64,000 bases of DNA from Candidatus Pelearchaeum maunauluense. GTDB lineage: Archaea; Thermoproteota; Nitrososphaeria_A; Caldarchaeales; Caldarchaeaceae. A program made the translations under genes and the position numbers. Below, piece after piece: positions 29,582 to 39,099 of the stretch (positions are counted from its first letter, which is position 1; each line of letters opens with the position of its first letter). The notes below the pieces were generated by a model. The model saw nothing but the letters and a program-made list of their open reading frames with translations. It ran no database searches and was not told the DNA's origin. Where the stretch lies: assembly GCA_030059675.1 (NCBI GenBank), contig JANVYQ010000003.1, forward strand, positions 1-64,000, given 5' to 3'.

Positions 29582-30382
29582 TTAACCTTTTTCTAATAAG
29601 CGGGGCAAGTCGGCCAAGCTTGCAATCACGTGGTCAGGCCTCTCCGACGATTTGCCAATATCAAACAGCCTAGCAGCCCCAGTCTTAACCAATATGCCAA
29701 GAGAGCCAGCGAGCCTGGCTGAGCGTATGTCAGTATCTATCCTATCGCCTATGAACGCAACCTCATGCGGCTTCAGGGCAAGAGCGGCAAATACTTGTCT
29801 ATTGGTCTCCTCGGATGGTTTGCCTACGGATATCGGCTTTATTCCCGTGGCTTTCTCAAGGGCTGCTGCGATAGCTCCAGCGCCTGGCTCAAACCCGCGC
29901 TCAGAAGGATATACGTTATCCAAGTTGGTGCAGATGAAGCGTGCTCCCGCGTTTATAGCGTGAGCTGCTGAGGCGAGCTTTCCATAGGTCAGCCTCCTAT
30001 CCAGCCCAACAACCACAAACTCAGCACGCTCCCATTCATCTTCGCCAACCATTTTAAGACCTAGAGAATCGGCCTCATCTGTAAAACCGCTCTCAGCCAC
30101 GGGAAAGACAAAAGCGCCTTTCTTAAGTTCGTTGATGTAGCGCGCGGCAATAACGCCAGAGGTTAGTATCTCGTTCTCATCAACAACTATACCCATACCC
30201 CTAAGCTTTTCAGCGTATCTTCTCCGTGTGAGCGTGGAGTTATTAGTGAGAAAGAGAATCTTATACCCCATCTCCCGCAATTTAGATAAAGCAGCCCCAG
30301 CCCCTTCTATGGGCTTATCACCAACATACACGCATCCATCTAAGTCTATTACCAGGCCCCTAACGCTAGATAGGCTCATCAA
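29582..30382 (-). CDS. HAD-IIA family hydrolase (NagD-like)
   Basis: DLDGCVY, LTNNS, GKPS, IGDRIDTDI. Confidence 0.92.
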   Translation of the reverse strand: MMSLSSVRGLVIDLDGCVYVGDKPIEGAGAALSKLREMGYKILFLTNNSTLTRRRYAEKLRGMGIVVDENEILTSGVIAARYINELKKGAFVFPVAESGFTDEADSLGLKMVGEDEWERAEFVVVGLDRRLTYGKLASAAHAINAGARFICTNLDNVYPSERGFEPGAGAIAAALEKATGIKPISVGKPSEETNRQVFAALALKPHEVAFIGDRIDTDIRSARLAGSLGILVKTGAARLFDIGKSSERPDHVIASLADLPRLLEKG

Positions 30383-30431
30383 CGCTTGAAGCTATGCGGG
30401 GCAATTTAACCATGATAGAACGTTAATAAAC

Positions 30432-32111
30432 GTGCTGGGCAGACCGTTGCCAGAGATGCATGAAATAGACATACGCCGCTATCATGCTGAAAATTATGAA
30501 GAGCTCTACCAGAGATTTGAGTGGAATATTCCTGAGCGTTTTAATGTTGGGAGTGCGGTCTGTTGTAGGAATGCGGAGAAACACGGCGATACCGTGGCAA
30601 TCCACTACTACGGTGGGGAGGAAAAGTATGATGAGATAAGCTTCGCGAGGATGCATGAAAACTCTAACAAGCTGGCAAACTACCTGAATGAACTAGGAAT
30701 AAAACGCGGCGATGTTGTAGGGGTATGCCTGCCGCAGAGGCCTGAGCTAATCCAAGCCTGGCTGGCAATATACAAACTAGGATGCATCGCTCTCTCCATG
30801 ACGCCACTCTTCGGCACGGATGCGATAACCTACAGGCTAAAGCACAGCGAGGCAAAAGCCTTGATAATAGAAGCTGAAAGGAATGATGTGAGAAAAGCAG
30901 TACAGGACATTGACGCGCTGAAGCATGTTATTCTGGTTGATGCAGGGGGAGAGCTAGAGGAGAAGGGGAGGGAGATTGAGGAAGCGGAGGACGCGTCGGG
31001 CTCTCTGGAGGTTGCTGATACTGGATGCGACGAGCCCGCCCATCTATTCTATACATCAGGCACTACAGGGCCGCCGAAAGGGGCGCTTCATGCCCACAGG
31101 TTCCTACTGGGCCATATACCATGCTACCAGCTATACTTTGAGATAGCCCCTAGAGAGGGTGATGTCTTCTACACGCCTGCCGACGCTGGTTGGATAGGCG
31201 CTGTAGGCGACCTCATACTGCCCTCACTATACTTCGGCTATCCCGTCGTGCTCCAGCGTAAAATAGGTAGATTTGAGCCAGAAGAGTGTCTAAGATTAAT
31301 GGAGAGGTTCAAGGTTACATGCGCATTTATACCCCCAACAGCGCTTAGAATGATACGCAAAACCTATCCAAACCCACTCGAAGAATTCAACCTAAAAATC
31401 AGAGCAATATGCAGCGCTGGCGAATCTGTGGGCCGCGAGCTCATATTGTGGGGACGTGAAAAACTAAACGCGCCGATCAACGAGTTCTACGGCTGTACAG
31501 AGGTGAATCTAATTGTGGTGAACTGCACAACGCTCATGAAGACTAAGCCAGGGGCGCTTGGAAAACCCTCACTGGGTCATGTGGTTGATGTGATAGACGC
31601 GGCGGGAAATAGGCTGGGGGCTAACGAGACAGGCTACATAGCTGTCAAGGGGCCAGACCCAGTAATGTATCTGGGCTACTACAAAGACCCCTACGCAACC
31701 GCGCGAAAATTCATAGCAGGCTGGTTTGTTCTAGGCGATTTCGGATACAAGGACGAGGATGGATATTTCTGGTTTATATCACGCGCAGATGACCTGATAA
31801 AAACATCAGCATACCGCATAGGCCCAGACGAGGTTGAGAACATAATAAACCAGCATCCAGCGGTGCTTGAGTCAGGGGTAATAGGTAAAGAAGACCCTAT
31901 GAGGGGAAGCATAATCAAAGCATTCATAGTGTTGAAGGAGGGGATAAAACCTGAGGAAAAGCTGAAGGAGGAAATCAAAAGCTTTGTCAAGAGTAGGCTA
32001 GCCGCATACGCGTACCCCCGCGAGATAGAGTTTGTCAACCAGCTACCGAGAACAACAACAGGAAAACTCCAGCGATACATGTTGAGAAAGCTTGAGGAAG
32101 AGCGTGGGTAA
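30432..32111 (+). CDS. Acyl-CoA synthetase (AMP-binding)
   Basis: YTSGTTGPPKG, EFYGCTE, SRADDLIK, LPRTTTGKLQR. Confidence 0.9.
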   Translation: MLGRPLPEMHEIDIRRYHAENYEELYQRFEWNIPERFNVGSAVCCRNAEKHGDTVAIHYYGGEEKYDEISFARMHENSNKLANYLNELGIKRGDVVGVCLPQRPELIQAWLAIYKLGCIALSMTPLFGTDAITYRLKHSEAKALIIEAERNDVRKAVQDIDALKHVILVDAGGELEEKGREIEEAEDASGSLEVADTGCDEPAHLFYTSGTTGPPKGALHAHRFLLGHIPCYQLYFEIAPREGDVFYTPADAGWIGAVGDLILPSLYFGYPVVLQRKIGRFEPEECLRLMERFKVTCAFIPPTALRMIRKTYPNPLEEFNLKIRAICSAGESVGRELILWGREKLNAPINEFYGCTEVNLIVVNCTTLMKTKPGALGKPSLGHVVDVIDAAGNRLGANETGYIAVKGPDPVMYLGYYKDPYATARKFIAGWFVLGDFGYKDEDGYFWFISRADDLIKTSAYRIGPDEVENIINQHPAVLESGVIGKEDPMRGSIIKAFIVLKEGIKPEEKLKEEIKSFVKSRLAAYAYPREIEFVNQLPRTTTGKLQRYMLRKLEEERG

Positions 32112-32240
32112 AATAAAAATGTAAAAGAATAAAGAAAGCCTCAATATCCACACTCAAAAATTAGAATAGCCCAAACATTTTACAGGTTGTTTTTCGTATG
32201 TATTAAAATATTTAGCGTGGAATAAAATAACCATTCCCGT

Positions 32241-33320
32241 ATGTCAAAGATCAGGGTCGCTATAATAGGCGTTGGTAACTGTGCATCGGCGCTCGTCCAG
32301 GGGGTTTACTACTACCGAGACGCCGATGACGCTGACTTCGTCCCAGGTCTCATGCACGTAAGGCTTGGCCCTTACCATGTAAGCGATATAGAGTTCGTGG
32401 CCGCTTTTGATATTGACAAAAATAAGGTTGGGAAAGACTTGTCGCAGGCGATATTTGCGCCGCCAAACTGCACGTTAAAGTTCAGCGACGTGCCGAGGCT
32501 GGATGTTGAGGTTCTTCCAGGGAGGGTTTATGACAGCATAGGAAAATACCTACACGGAGTCATAGAAGTCCATAACTCCAACACGATAGATGTCGCGGAT
32601 GTCCTGAGGAGCACTAAGGCTGATGTGGTGGTCAATTTCCTGCCAGTGGGCAGCGAGCTGGCTACCCGATGGTATATGGAGCAGGCGTTGGAGGCTGGGA
32701 CAGGCGTAGTTAATGGGATTCCAGTCTTCATAGCGCGTGAGCGCGAGTGGCAGGAGATGTTCGCCCAGCGGCGTGTTCCGCTAATAGGCGATGACATTAA
32801 ATCACAGGTCGGAGCCACGATACTACATAGAGTTCTCACGAAGCTCTTCGTAGACAGGGGAGTGAAGATAGACAGGTCTTACCAGATAAACTTCGGTGGG
32901 AACACAGATTTTCTCAACATGCTGGAGCGGGAGCGGCTACAGTCAAAGAAAATCTCCAAGACGCAGGCGGTTACTTCGCTGATACCCTACGACCCGGGTG
33001 CTGAGAACATACACATAGGGCCAAGCGACTATATTCCATGGCTTAAGGATAGGAAGTGGGCATACATCAGGATTGAGGGCTCCGCCTTCGGTGGCGCGCC
33101 GCTCACAGTTGAAGCCAAGCTTGAGGTGTGGGACAGCCCCAACTCGGCTGGCGTGGTGATAGACGCGGTGAGATGCGTAAAGATAGCACGCGACAGGAAT
33201 ATAGGAGGCGTCCTGATAGGGCCTTCAGCCTACTTCATGAAGTCGCCGCCAAAACAATACCCAGATGAGATAGCTCGGAAGATGGTGGAGGACTTCATAA
33301 ACGGGAAAACAACACAGTAA
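32241..33320 (+). CDS. ino1: myo-inositol-1-phosphate synthase
   Basis: [40 protein letters not shown]. Confidence 0.95.
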   Translation: MSKIRVAIIGVGNCASALVQGVYYYRDADDADFVPGLMHVRLGPYHVSDIEFVAAFDIDKNKVGKDLSQAIFAPPNCTLKFSDVPRLDVEVLPGRVYDSIGKYLHGVIEVHNSNTIDVADVLRSTKADVVVNFLPVGSELATRWYMEQALEAGTGVVNGIPVFIAREREWQEMFAQRRVPLIGDDIKSQVGATILHRVLTKLFVDRGVKIDRSYQINFGGNTDFLNMLERERLQSKKISKTQAVTSLIPYDPGAENIHIGPSDYIPWLKDRKWAYIRIEGSAFGGAPLTVEAKLEVWDSPNSAGVVIDAVRCVKIARDRNIGGVLIGPSAYFMKSPPKQYPDEIARKMVEDFINGKTTQ

Positions 33321-33325
33321 ATATT

Positions 33326-34426
33326 TTATCCAGCTACCCCATCAAGCTCGCCAAAAGCGTCGCCAAGCCTGGCAAGTGCGCGGCGCTTCTCCGCCTCAAC
33401 CAAATCAGATGCATTAATAGAATCAACGACCTGCTGGAGTCTCCAGAGTATCTCGGCAGAGCCGTACCTATCAACAAGCTCCTCAGCAAGTATCGCGGGG
33501 TCTCTGAAACTGGGTGATGTCTCGTAGTAAATCATGCTCCCCAAGGCGAGGAGCTTTACAATCTCGCGGCCGACTCCACGCACCGCCAAGAGCTGTTCAT
33601 AGTCGCGCGGTGGTGAGGAGTGTAGCCTCTGGAGAAGCTTCCAGTTTATGGAGCCGCGTGGGGTTAGGAAGACGACGTACTCAACATGGTTGGGGTCTTG
33701 GGTTAGCTTTGTCTGTTTATGCATTCTAAAGTACGTCTGAAGCCTACGTAGTTTGCTTGGCTCCCACTCAAGCAGCTCCACTGATGTTCGCCTTGCTTCA
33801 GCGCTATCGCGGGCAGTCATGTCGAGTACTATCGGCTTCTTCTCAACAGCCAGAATACCATTATGCGGCTCGTCCACGAAGCTCTTAACGTTTCCAGAGA
33901 ACCAGTGGTAGCGTCGCGCGTTTGTTGAATAAGGCTCGCGGCTGAGCTGTATGATTGTCCATATCCTAGACCTTGAGAGGAGCATGATATGGAAGTACAG
34001 GTCGTAGCCGTCTTGTAGTGCTACGCTGTCTATCTTGGAAACCATGCGGCTGCAGTAGAGCAGGTACTGTACCCACCGCTCGCTAAGCCCGAAATGCTCA
34101 GCTATGCCAGCCAGCTCCTTAGGTACGTCGAAGCGTGATAGGCTTTTGCCGCCTAGTACAGCTACGCCTGATTGTGGGTTTAGCGTCTCCTTGAGTATCG
34201 CTCCCATTATCAGCGTTGAGTCTCCCTCAAGCTCGTCAAGCCCACTTGCTACTAGGAGGAAGTCCAGGAAGTAGGGTTCAGCCATACTCTCAACTAGGCT
34301 GTCAGGACCGTATAGGCTTAGGTAGCTCTGCAATATCTCTCCAACAACTCGTCTGGTAATTACATAATATCTCTCTCCAAATCTCTTATTGGTGAGCTTG
34401 AGTTCGCGGATGCCAGCCCTATACAT
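33326..34426 (-). CDS. DUF763 family protein (divergent)
   Basis: SRMVSKIDSVALQDGYDLY, ARRYHW, FVDEPH, GVG..VKLLAL, SFRDP. Confidence 0.75.
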   Translation of the reverse strand: MYRAGIRELKLTNKRFGERYYVITRRVVGEILQSYLSLYGPDSLVESMAEPYFLDFLLVASGLDELEGDSTLIMGAILKETLNPQSGVAVLGGKSLSRFDVPKELAGIAEHFGLSERWVQYLLYCSRMVSKIDSVALQDGYDLYFHIMLLSRSRIWTIIQLSREPYSTNARRYHWFSGNVKSFVDEPHNGILAVEKKPIVLDMTARDSAEARRTSVELLEWEPSKLRRLQTYFRMHKQTKLTQDPNHVEYVVFLTPRGSINWKLLQRLHSSPPRDYEQLLAVRGVGREIVKLLALGSMIYYETSPSFRDPAILAEELVDRYGSAEILWRLQQVVDSINASDLVEAEKRRALARLGDAFGELDGVAG

Positions 34427-34533
34427 GCCCCTAAGCTGTCTCCCGCATATCCGGCCAGGGATTTAAACTAGAGAGCGACAAAACATTATAGAATATACTC
34501 CACGACTATTGAGTATATTACACGCCGAATCGC

Positions 34534-34752
34534 TCAATAGTCTGTTAGACCTTCTACCCTACGGCGGCGCGACTTTATGCGCACCCAGAGGTAAACGATG
34601 ACTGATATTGCTGTGGGTATGTAGATTGTGAAGAGCTGGAAGTACCAGACTAGGAAGAATCCATAGAAGGCTTGTATCGCTAGGAAGAGTAGCGAGACTA
34701 GAAGCATGATTATAGTTGCGTTTCTCCAGTGCCGTTCTTCCTCGCTGCTCAA
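34534..34752 (-). CDS. Small two-TM membrane protein
   Basis: 72 aa hydrophobic ORF overlapping the rpoK stop by 4 nt. Confidence 0.55.
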   Translation of the reverse strand: MSSEEERHWRNATIIMLLVSLLFLAIQAFYGFFLVWYFQLFTIYIPTAISVIVYLWVRIKSRRRRVEGLTDY

Positions 34753-35000
34753 CTAGCTCCCTGCTCCAGAGCAAGAAGCTCTTTGAGCGATATATCTACA
34801 TACTGCCCGTTGGGGAGTTTGCGTCTAATGATTATGGGTAGGACTCCCCTCTCCAGCTCTCGCGTCGCTATATCTATCGGCGTATCGTCGGGCTTAACCT
34901 CCACCAAGGGGAACGCCCCTAGGGAGAGCTGGAGAGCGCGCCCCCCAAGAATACGCGCCCGCTCATATTTTGTGAGCTTGTAAAGTGCAGGTGATGACAT
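34749..35000 (-). CDS. rpoK: DNA-directed RNA polymerase subunit K (Rpo6)
   Basis: [21 protein letters not shown]...IRRKLPNG. Confidence 0.95.
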   Translation of the reverse strand: MSSPALYKLTKYERARILGGRALQLSLGAFPLVEVKPDDTPIDIATRELERGVLPIIIRRKLPNGQYVDISLKELLALEQGAS

Positions 35001-35108
35001 GGCAAGGTTGCAGAGAAGAATTAAAGCCATAATTTATACAAATAATAAGGCGTGCCGTTGGTTAGGCTCTTAAATAAAAACGTTTCAGAGAAGGGGTTGG
35101 TGGAGGGT

Positions 35109-36758
35109 TTAATCCTCGCTCTCGCCGCCTTCCTCTTCCTTCTTCTTGCCAGGCCCGCCCTTCTCCTCTAGTCGCGAGGCCGCGATGATGTCGTCTATCT
35201 TCAGAATCATGGACGCAGCCTCAACGGCCGACTTTATCGCCTGCTTCTTAACCAACAGCGGGTCTATGACGTCCAACTTATACATGTCTGCAAGCTCTGC
35301 CTCAAAGACGTTAACGCCATACCATAGCTTGCCCTCCTTGTGCTTAGACCTTAGGTTGACCAGCGTCTCTATCGGGTCCATTCCAGCGTTCTCGGCCAGC
35401 TGGGCTGGGATTATCTCCAGAGCCTCGGCGAAGCGCTCCACGGCTAGCTGCTCCTTGCCTGGAAGCGTCTTGGCATAGTCTCTCAGCCTTAGGGCTGTCT
35501 CTATCTCGCTTGCACCGCCGCCCGCGACAACCTTGCCCTCAACTATCACGTCCCTCACCACGTTTATCGCGTCTTTGATTGAGCGCTCAGCCTCGTCCAC
35601 TATCCTCTGCGTGCCGCCCCTTATCAGTACTGTGAGAGCCTTCGGGTTCTCGCAGCCCTCTATGAATATCATCTTATCCTCTCCTACGCGCCTCTCCTCT
35701 ACCAGCTGAGCTTTGCCCAGGTCCTCGCTCCTTAGGTCGTCTATGCGTGTTATCACCCTACCCCGCGTAGCCTTGGCTAGCTTATCCATATCGCTCTTCT
35801 TGATACGCCTAACCGCCATGATCCCCTTCTTGGCTAGGAAGTACTGGGCCAGGTCGTCTATGCCCTTCTGGCATAGCACCACGTTGGCGCCTGTCGCGGC
35901 TATCTTCTCCACCATCTCGCGGAGCATGTCTTCCTCCTGCTTCATGAACGCGCGCATCTGCTCAGGTGTCTCTATGTTCAGCTTGGCATCAAACTCGGTC
36001 TTCTCAATCTCCAGCGAAGCATCCAGCAACGCAATCCTAGCGTTCCTCACAAGCTTCGGCATATCGGCATGAACTACCTCCTTATCAAGAACTATGCCGT
36101 CAACCAGCTTGGTGTCGCGGAGAGACTGGCCCTCCTTCTTCTCAATCTTAACATCATCAAGGTCAACAACCCACTTATCGCCTACCTTCTCGGCGACGCG
36201 CGTTACCGCCTCAACTGCTATCTCAGATAGGTAGTCGCTCTCCTCTGCCACGAGCTTGCTGAGCATCGAAGTCTTGGCAACTTTCTTAAGTATCCCCTTG
36301 TCGTTGGGGCTTACCTTAATTCCTATCTCGTCGAGTATGTCTAGGCTCTTCAGCGCTGCCTTGCGGTAGCCCTCGATTATAATTGTCGGGTGTACCTCCT
36401 TCTCTATCAACTCCTCCGCCTTGGCTAGTAGCTCGCCAGCTAGGACGACCGATGTCGTTGTACCGTCTCCAACCTCCTCATCCTGAGCCTTGGCGACCTC
36501 AACCATCATCTTAGCGACTGGGTGCTCAACATCCATCTCCTTGAGAATTGTAGCGCCGTCGTTTGTGATGACGATATCACCGAAACTATCTACGAGCATT
36601 TTGTCCATGCCGCGCGGGCCTAGAGAAGACTTCATCGTCTCGGCGATTACCTTAGCCACCATGATGTTGGCCGACTGGGTCTCTCTGCCCCGCATGCGGC
36701 GTGAGCCTTCCTTAAGGACGATGACAGGTTGGGTTGCGGAACCTACCATAGCAGACAT
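35109..36758 (-). CDS. ths: Thermosome (group II chaperonin) subunit
   Basis: [28 protein letters not shown]. Confidence 0.97.
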   Translation of the reverse strand: MSAMVGSATQPVIVLKEGSRRMRGRETQSANIMVAKVIAETMKSSLGPRGMDKMLVDSFGDIVITNDGATILKEMDVEHPVAKMMVEVAKAQDEEVGDGTTTSVVLAGELLAKAEELIEKEVHPTIIIEGYRKAALKSLDILDEIGIKVSPNDKGILKKVAKTSMLSKLVAEESDYLSEIAVEAVTRVAEKVGDKWVVDLDDVKIEKKEGQSLRDTKLVDGIVLDKEVVHADMPKLVRNARIALLDASLEIEKTEFDAKLNIETPEQMRAFMKQEEDMLREMVEKIAATGANVVLCQKGIDDLAQYFLAKKGIMAVRRIKKSDMDKLAKATRGRVITRIDDLRSEDLGKAQLVEERRVGEDKMIFIEGCENPKALTVLIRGGTQRIVDEAERSIKDAINVVRDVIVEGKVVAGGGASEIETALRLRDYAKTLPGKEQLAVERFAEALEIIPAQLAENAGMDPIETLVNLRSKHKEGKLWYGVNVFEAELADMYKLDVIDPLLVKKQAIKSAVEAASMILKIDDIIAASRLEEKGGPGKKKEEEGGESED

Positions 36759-36954
36759 AATCTACAACACCTCTAACCAGACGCGCAGCGCCCCACATTA
36801 TAAACCTTGGCTTATAAAAGGCGATTGAAAACTAAACGCGGCGTTTTTCCGCGTTTCTGGCCGTTATTTCTCAGGAATTCGGTTATAGATATTCTTATGG
36901 CCGCTTACTGATGTGCATTTATTGAGTATGGGGGTGCGCAAGGGATTAATTGCG

Positions 36955-36965
36955 GCGTATTACGC
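36955..36965. promoter_or_regulatory. Palindrome GCGTATTACGC, putative RHH operator
   Basis: 11-bp inverted repeat ending 21 nt upstream of the RHH gene start. Confidence 0.35.
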
Positions 36966-36986
36966 TGGTATGGCTGGTGAGTGTCG

Positions 36987-37130
36987 GTGAAGCTAATATC
37001 AGTAAAGTTGCCAGAAGCCTTGATTGATGGTATGGACGAGTTGGTCAAGAGGGGCGTTTACCCAAGCAGGAGCGCGGTCATGCGCACAGCGGTTAGAGAC
37101 CTGCTCAGAAAAGAGCTTTGGAAACAATAG
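36987..37130 (+). CDS. Ribbon-helix-helix transcription factor, CdrS/aCcr1-like (47 aa, not in ORF track)
   Basis: MKLISVKLPEALIDGMDELVKRGVYPSRSAVMRTAVRDLLRKELWKQ; SD-like GGTGAG upstream of GTG. Confidence 0.85.
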   Translation: MKLISVKLPEALIDGMDELVKRGVYPSRSAVMRTAVRDLLRKELWKQ

Positions 37131-37922
37131 CTATATCCTGAACGGAAGGTTCTTCACACTGACAACACGGCCATAGACGTACTTTAGGTCTGTCACGAAT
37201 GGGGCGAAATCAAGCTCCTCCCCCTCGTCGCTCGGCAGGTAGCGTATATACGGCCCAGCAGGCTTGTCGCTGAGCTCCATGTAGAAGAAGAGCGGTAGTG
37301 TGGAGGAGTCGTAGTAGTCAAAGAATGGGTAGAGTATGCCTAGGAGATGTTTCTCTCGTTGTGCTAGGTGCCAGATTGGCGGTGTTGATGTGCTGTCGCT
37401 CATCGTGGCCACGAGCCGCATTAATGAAGCAAGGTTCCGCGCCCTAACCATTATGGGTTTCTCACCATGCGAAACACTACTACGCTGCTTCACCGCCTCA
37501 GCAACGAAATAAGGCGTATCCTCAATCTCAACAACCACACAGTTGATATACTTACCAGCCTCAGGGGTCGTTGTGATCTTTACCTCCTCCTTCTCCACAT
37601 TGGTGTATGCGATGTATGGTGGAGGCCGGTCATTATACCATACATAGGCTAGTATTGGTATGTTTCCCTTCCAGAAGGGAATGGATGTCATATGAGCTAT
37701 TACATGCTTCCCGCGTAGCGGGAAGCACCATAGGAGTGGTGGATAGTCGCTCCGCGTGGTTGCTAGTCTGGCGAGGCTAAGCAGGTCCTCTACCTCCACC
37801 GATACGGGAGGTTTTTCATGAAACGTTTTAGCTGCCTGTTTCTTCTTCAAAGCCGCCGTATCAACATTATCGCTCTGTAATATATTCTGCTCATTCTTTA
37901 TAAGCCCGCTTGGGCCAGTCAT
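37131..37922 (-). CDS. Hypothetical protein with two tandem copies of an archaeal domain
   Basis: Repeat: DLLSLARLATT.SD.PP.LW...KH / NLASLMRLVAT.SD..PPIW...KH; PYIAY/PYIRY; KYI/KYV. Confidence 0.6.
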   Translation of the reverse strand: MTGPSGLIKNEQNILQSDNVDTAALKKKQAAKTFHEKPPVSVEVEDLLSLARLATTRSDYPPLLWCFPLRGKHVIAHMTSIPFWKGNIPILAYVWYNDRPPPYIAYTNVEKEEVKITTTPEAGKYINCVVVEIEDTPYFVAEAVKQRSSVSHGEKPIMVRARNLASLMRLVATMSDSTSTPPIWHLAQREKHLLGILYPFFDYYDSSTLPLFFYMELSDKPAGPYIRYLPSDEGEELDFAPFVTDLKYVYGRVVSVKNLPFRI

Positions 37923-37928
37923 ACATGC

Positions 37929-38660
37929 ATGAAGGAACTCTCGGCAGATGCCTACAAGCTCGCTAAAGAGGCTTTAATGACTAGGATAGCTGGTGAGGTC
38001 ATCTTCGCCCAGCAGCCTGGTGAGGCTCTTAGGAAGTGGCGTGTCCTCTTTGAGGAGAGCCAGACAGAGCTCGCGCGGATGATGGGAATAGCCCCATCAG
38101 TCTTAAGCGACTACGAGAAAAACCGCCGAAAATCGCCTGGGACCAACTTCATAAGACGCTACGTCTCGGCTTTGATAGAGCTTGACGAGAAGCGCGGAGG
38201 GGCGCATATACGTAGATTCAGCAACCTTGTTAAAGACTTCAGCAGCGTCATACTCGCTATAGCGGAATTTACCAAGCCGCGGACAGCCGAAGAGATGGCG
38301 CGTGCGTTAGATGGTGTATGGCTAGCTGGGAAGAGCAACATGGACGCTGCAATATACGGATACACAGTCGTTGATAGCCTCCAAGCAATAATGAACCTAG
38401 ACTCGCATGACTTTCTACACCTCTTCGGACAGAACTCCATGCGCCTTGTAGTCTTTACTGGAGTGAGTAGGGGAAGGTCGCCGATAATAGCTGTCAAAAT
38501 ATATCCAATTAAGCCGAAGATGGTTGCTATACACGGGCCGCGGAGCCCGTCTGAGGTTGACCCGCTGGGTAAGGAGCTGGCTGAGAGGGAGGGAATACCA
38601 TACGTGCTCTCGCTTAAGAAAGATGTGAATAGCCTGATAGCTGCGCTCAGTAGGTTGTAG
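37929..38660 (+). CDS. XRE-family HTH transcriptional regulator (COG1709-like)
   Basis: PGEALRKWR..Q.ELA..MG..PSVLSDYE..RRKSPG; GYTVVDS; GRSP. Confidence 0.9.
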   Translation: MKELSADAYKLAKEALMTRIAGEVIFAQQPGEALRKWRVLFEESQTELARMMGIAPSVLSDYEKNRRKSPGTNFIRRYVSALIELDEKRGGAHIRRFSNLVKDFSSVILAIAEFTKPRTAEEMARALDGVWLAGKSNMDAAIYGYTVVDSLQAIMNLDSHDFLHLFGQNSMRLVVFTGVSRGRSPIIAVKIYPIKPKMVAIHGPRSPSEVDPLGKELAEREGIPYVLSLKKDVNSLIAALSRL

Positions 38661-39093
38661 TGGTTGTCTCCTTACGCACCAGCTTAGCGTTGAGGATACC
38701 ATTAACGTATCTAATGTCCTTTATAATGACCTCAAACGGTAGGTGTAGTGTTCTCTTGAAGCCCATCCCCCCTCTGACTATGAGCTTACGGCCCGCGAGC
38801 TCTATCTTCACCCTATTCTCAGGGCCTGGCACCTGCGCGGTGAGGCTCAGGTGGTCTTCCTCCTCACGCAACTCGCAGAGCAGGTCGCTCCAGGCTTTCT
38901 TCCTAAGCGCCTTATTCAGCTCGCGTATCCAGTAAAACGCTAGACCAGCCGTTAGGGCTACGAGAATTATGCCTAGTAGCCCTTTATGGAACCTGAAGAG
39001 GAGTGTGGCTATGCCTATGAAGATTAGAGCTATGATTAGGTAGAGTATGAAGGAGGACGATATGTCAACGCCTCTACCCCTACCCCTCTGCAG
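38647..39093 (-). CDS. Membrane-anchored Hsp20-like protein (2 TM + alpha-crystallin-like domain), probable CTG start
   Basis: Open frame FILYLIIALIFIGIATLLF...AFYWIREL...AQVPGP...YVNGILNAKL; the only start-like codon is CTG, 6 nt after GGGGTGA. Confidence 0.65.
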   Translation of the reverse strand: MQRGRGRGVDISSSFILYLIIALIFIGIATLLFRFHKGLLGIILVALTAGLAFYWIRELNKALRKKAWSDLLCELREEEDHLSLTAQVPGPENRVKIELAGRKLIVRGGMGFKRTLHLPFEVIIKDIRYVNGILNAKLVRKETTTTTY

Positions 39094-39099
39094 GCCTGG

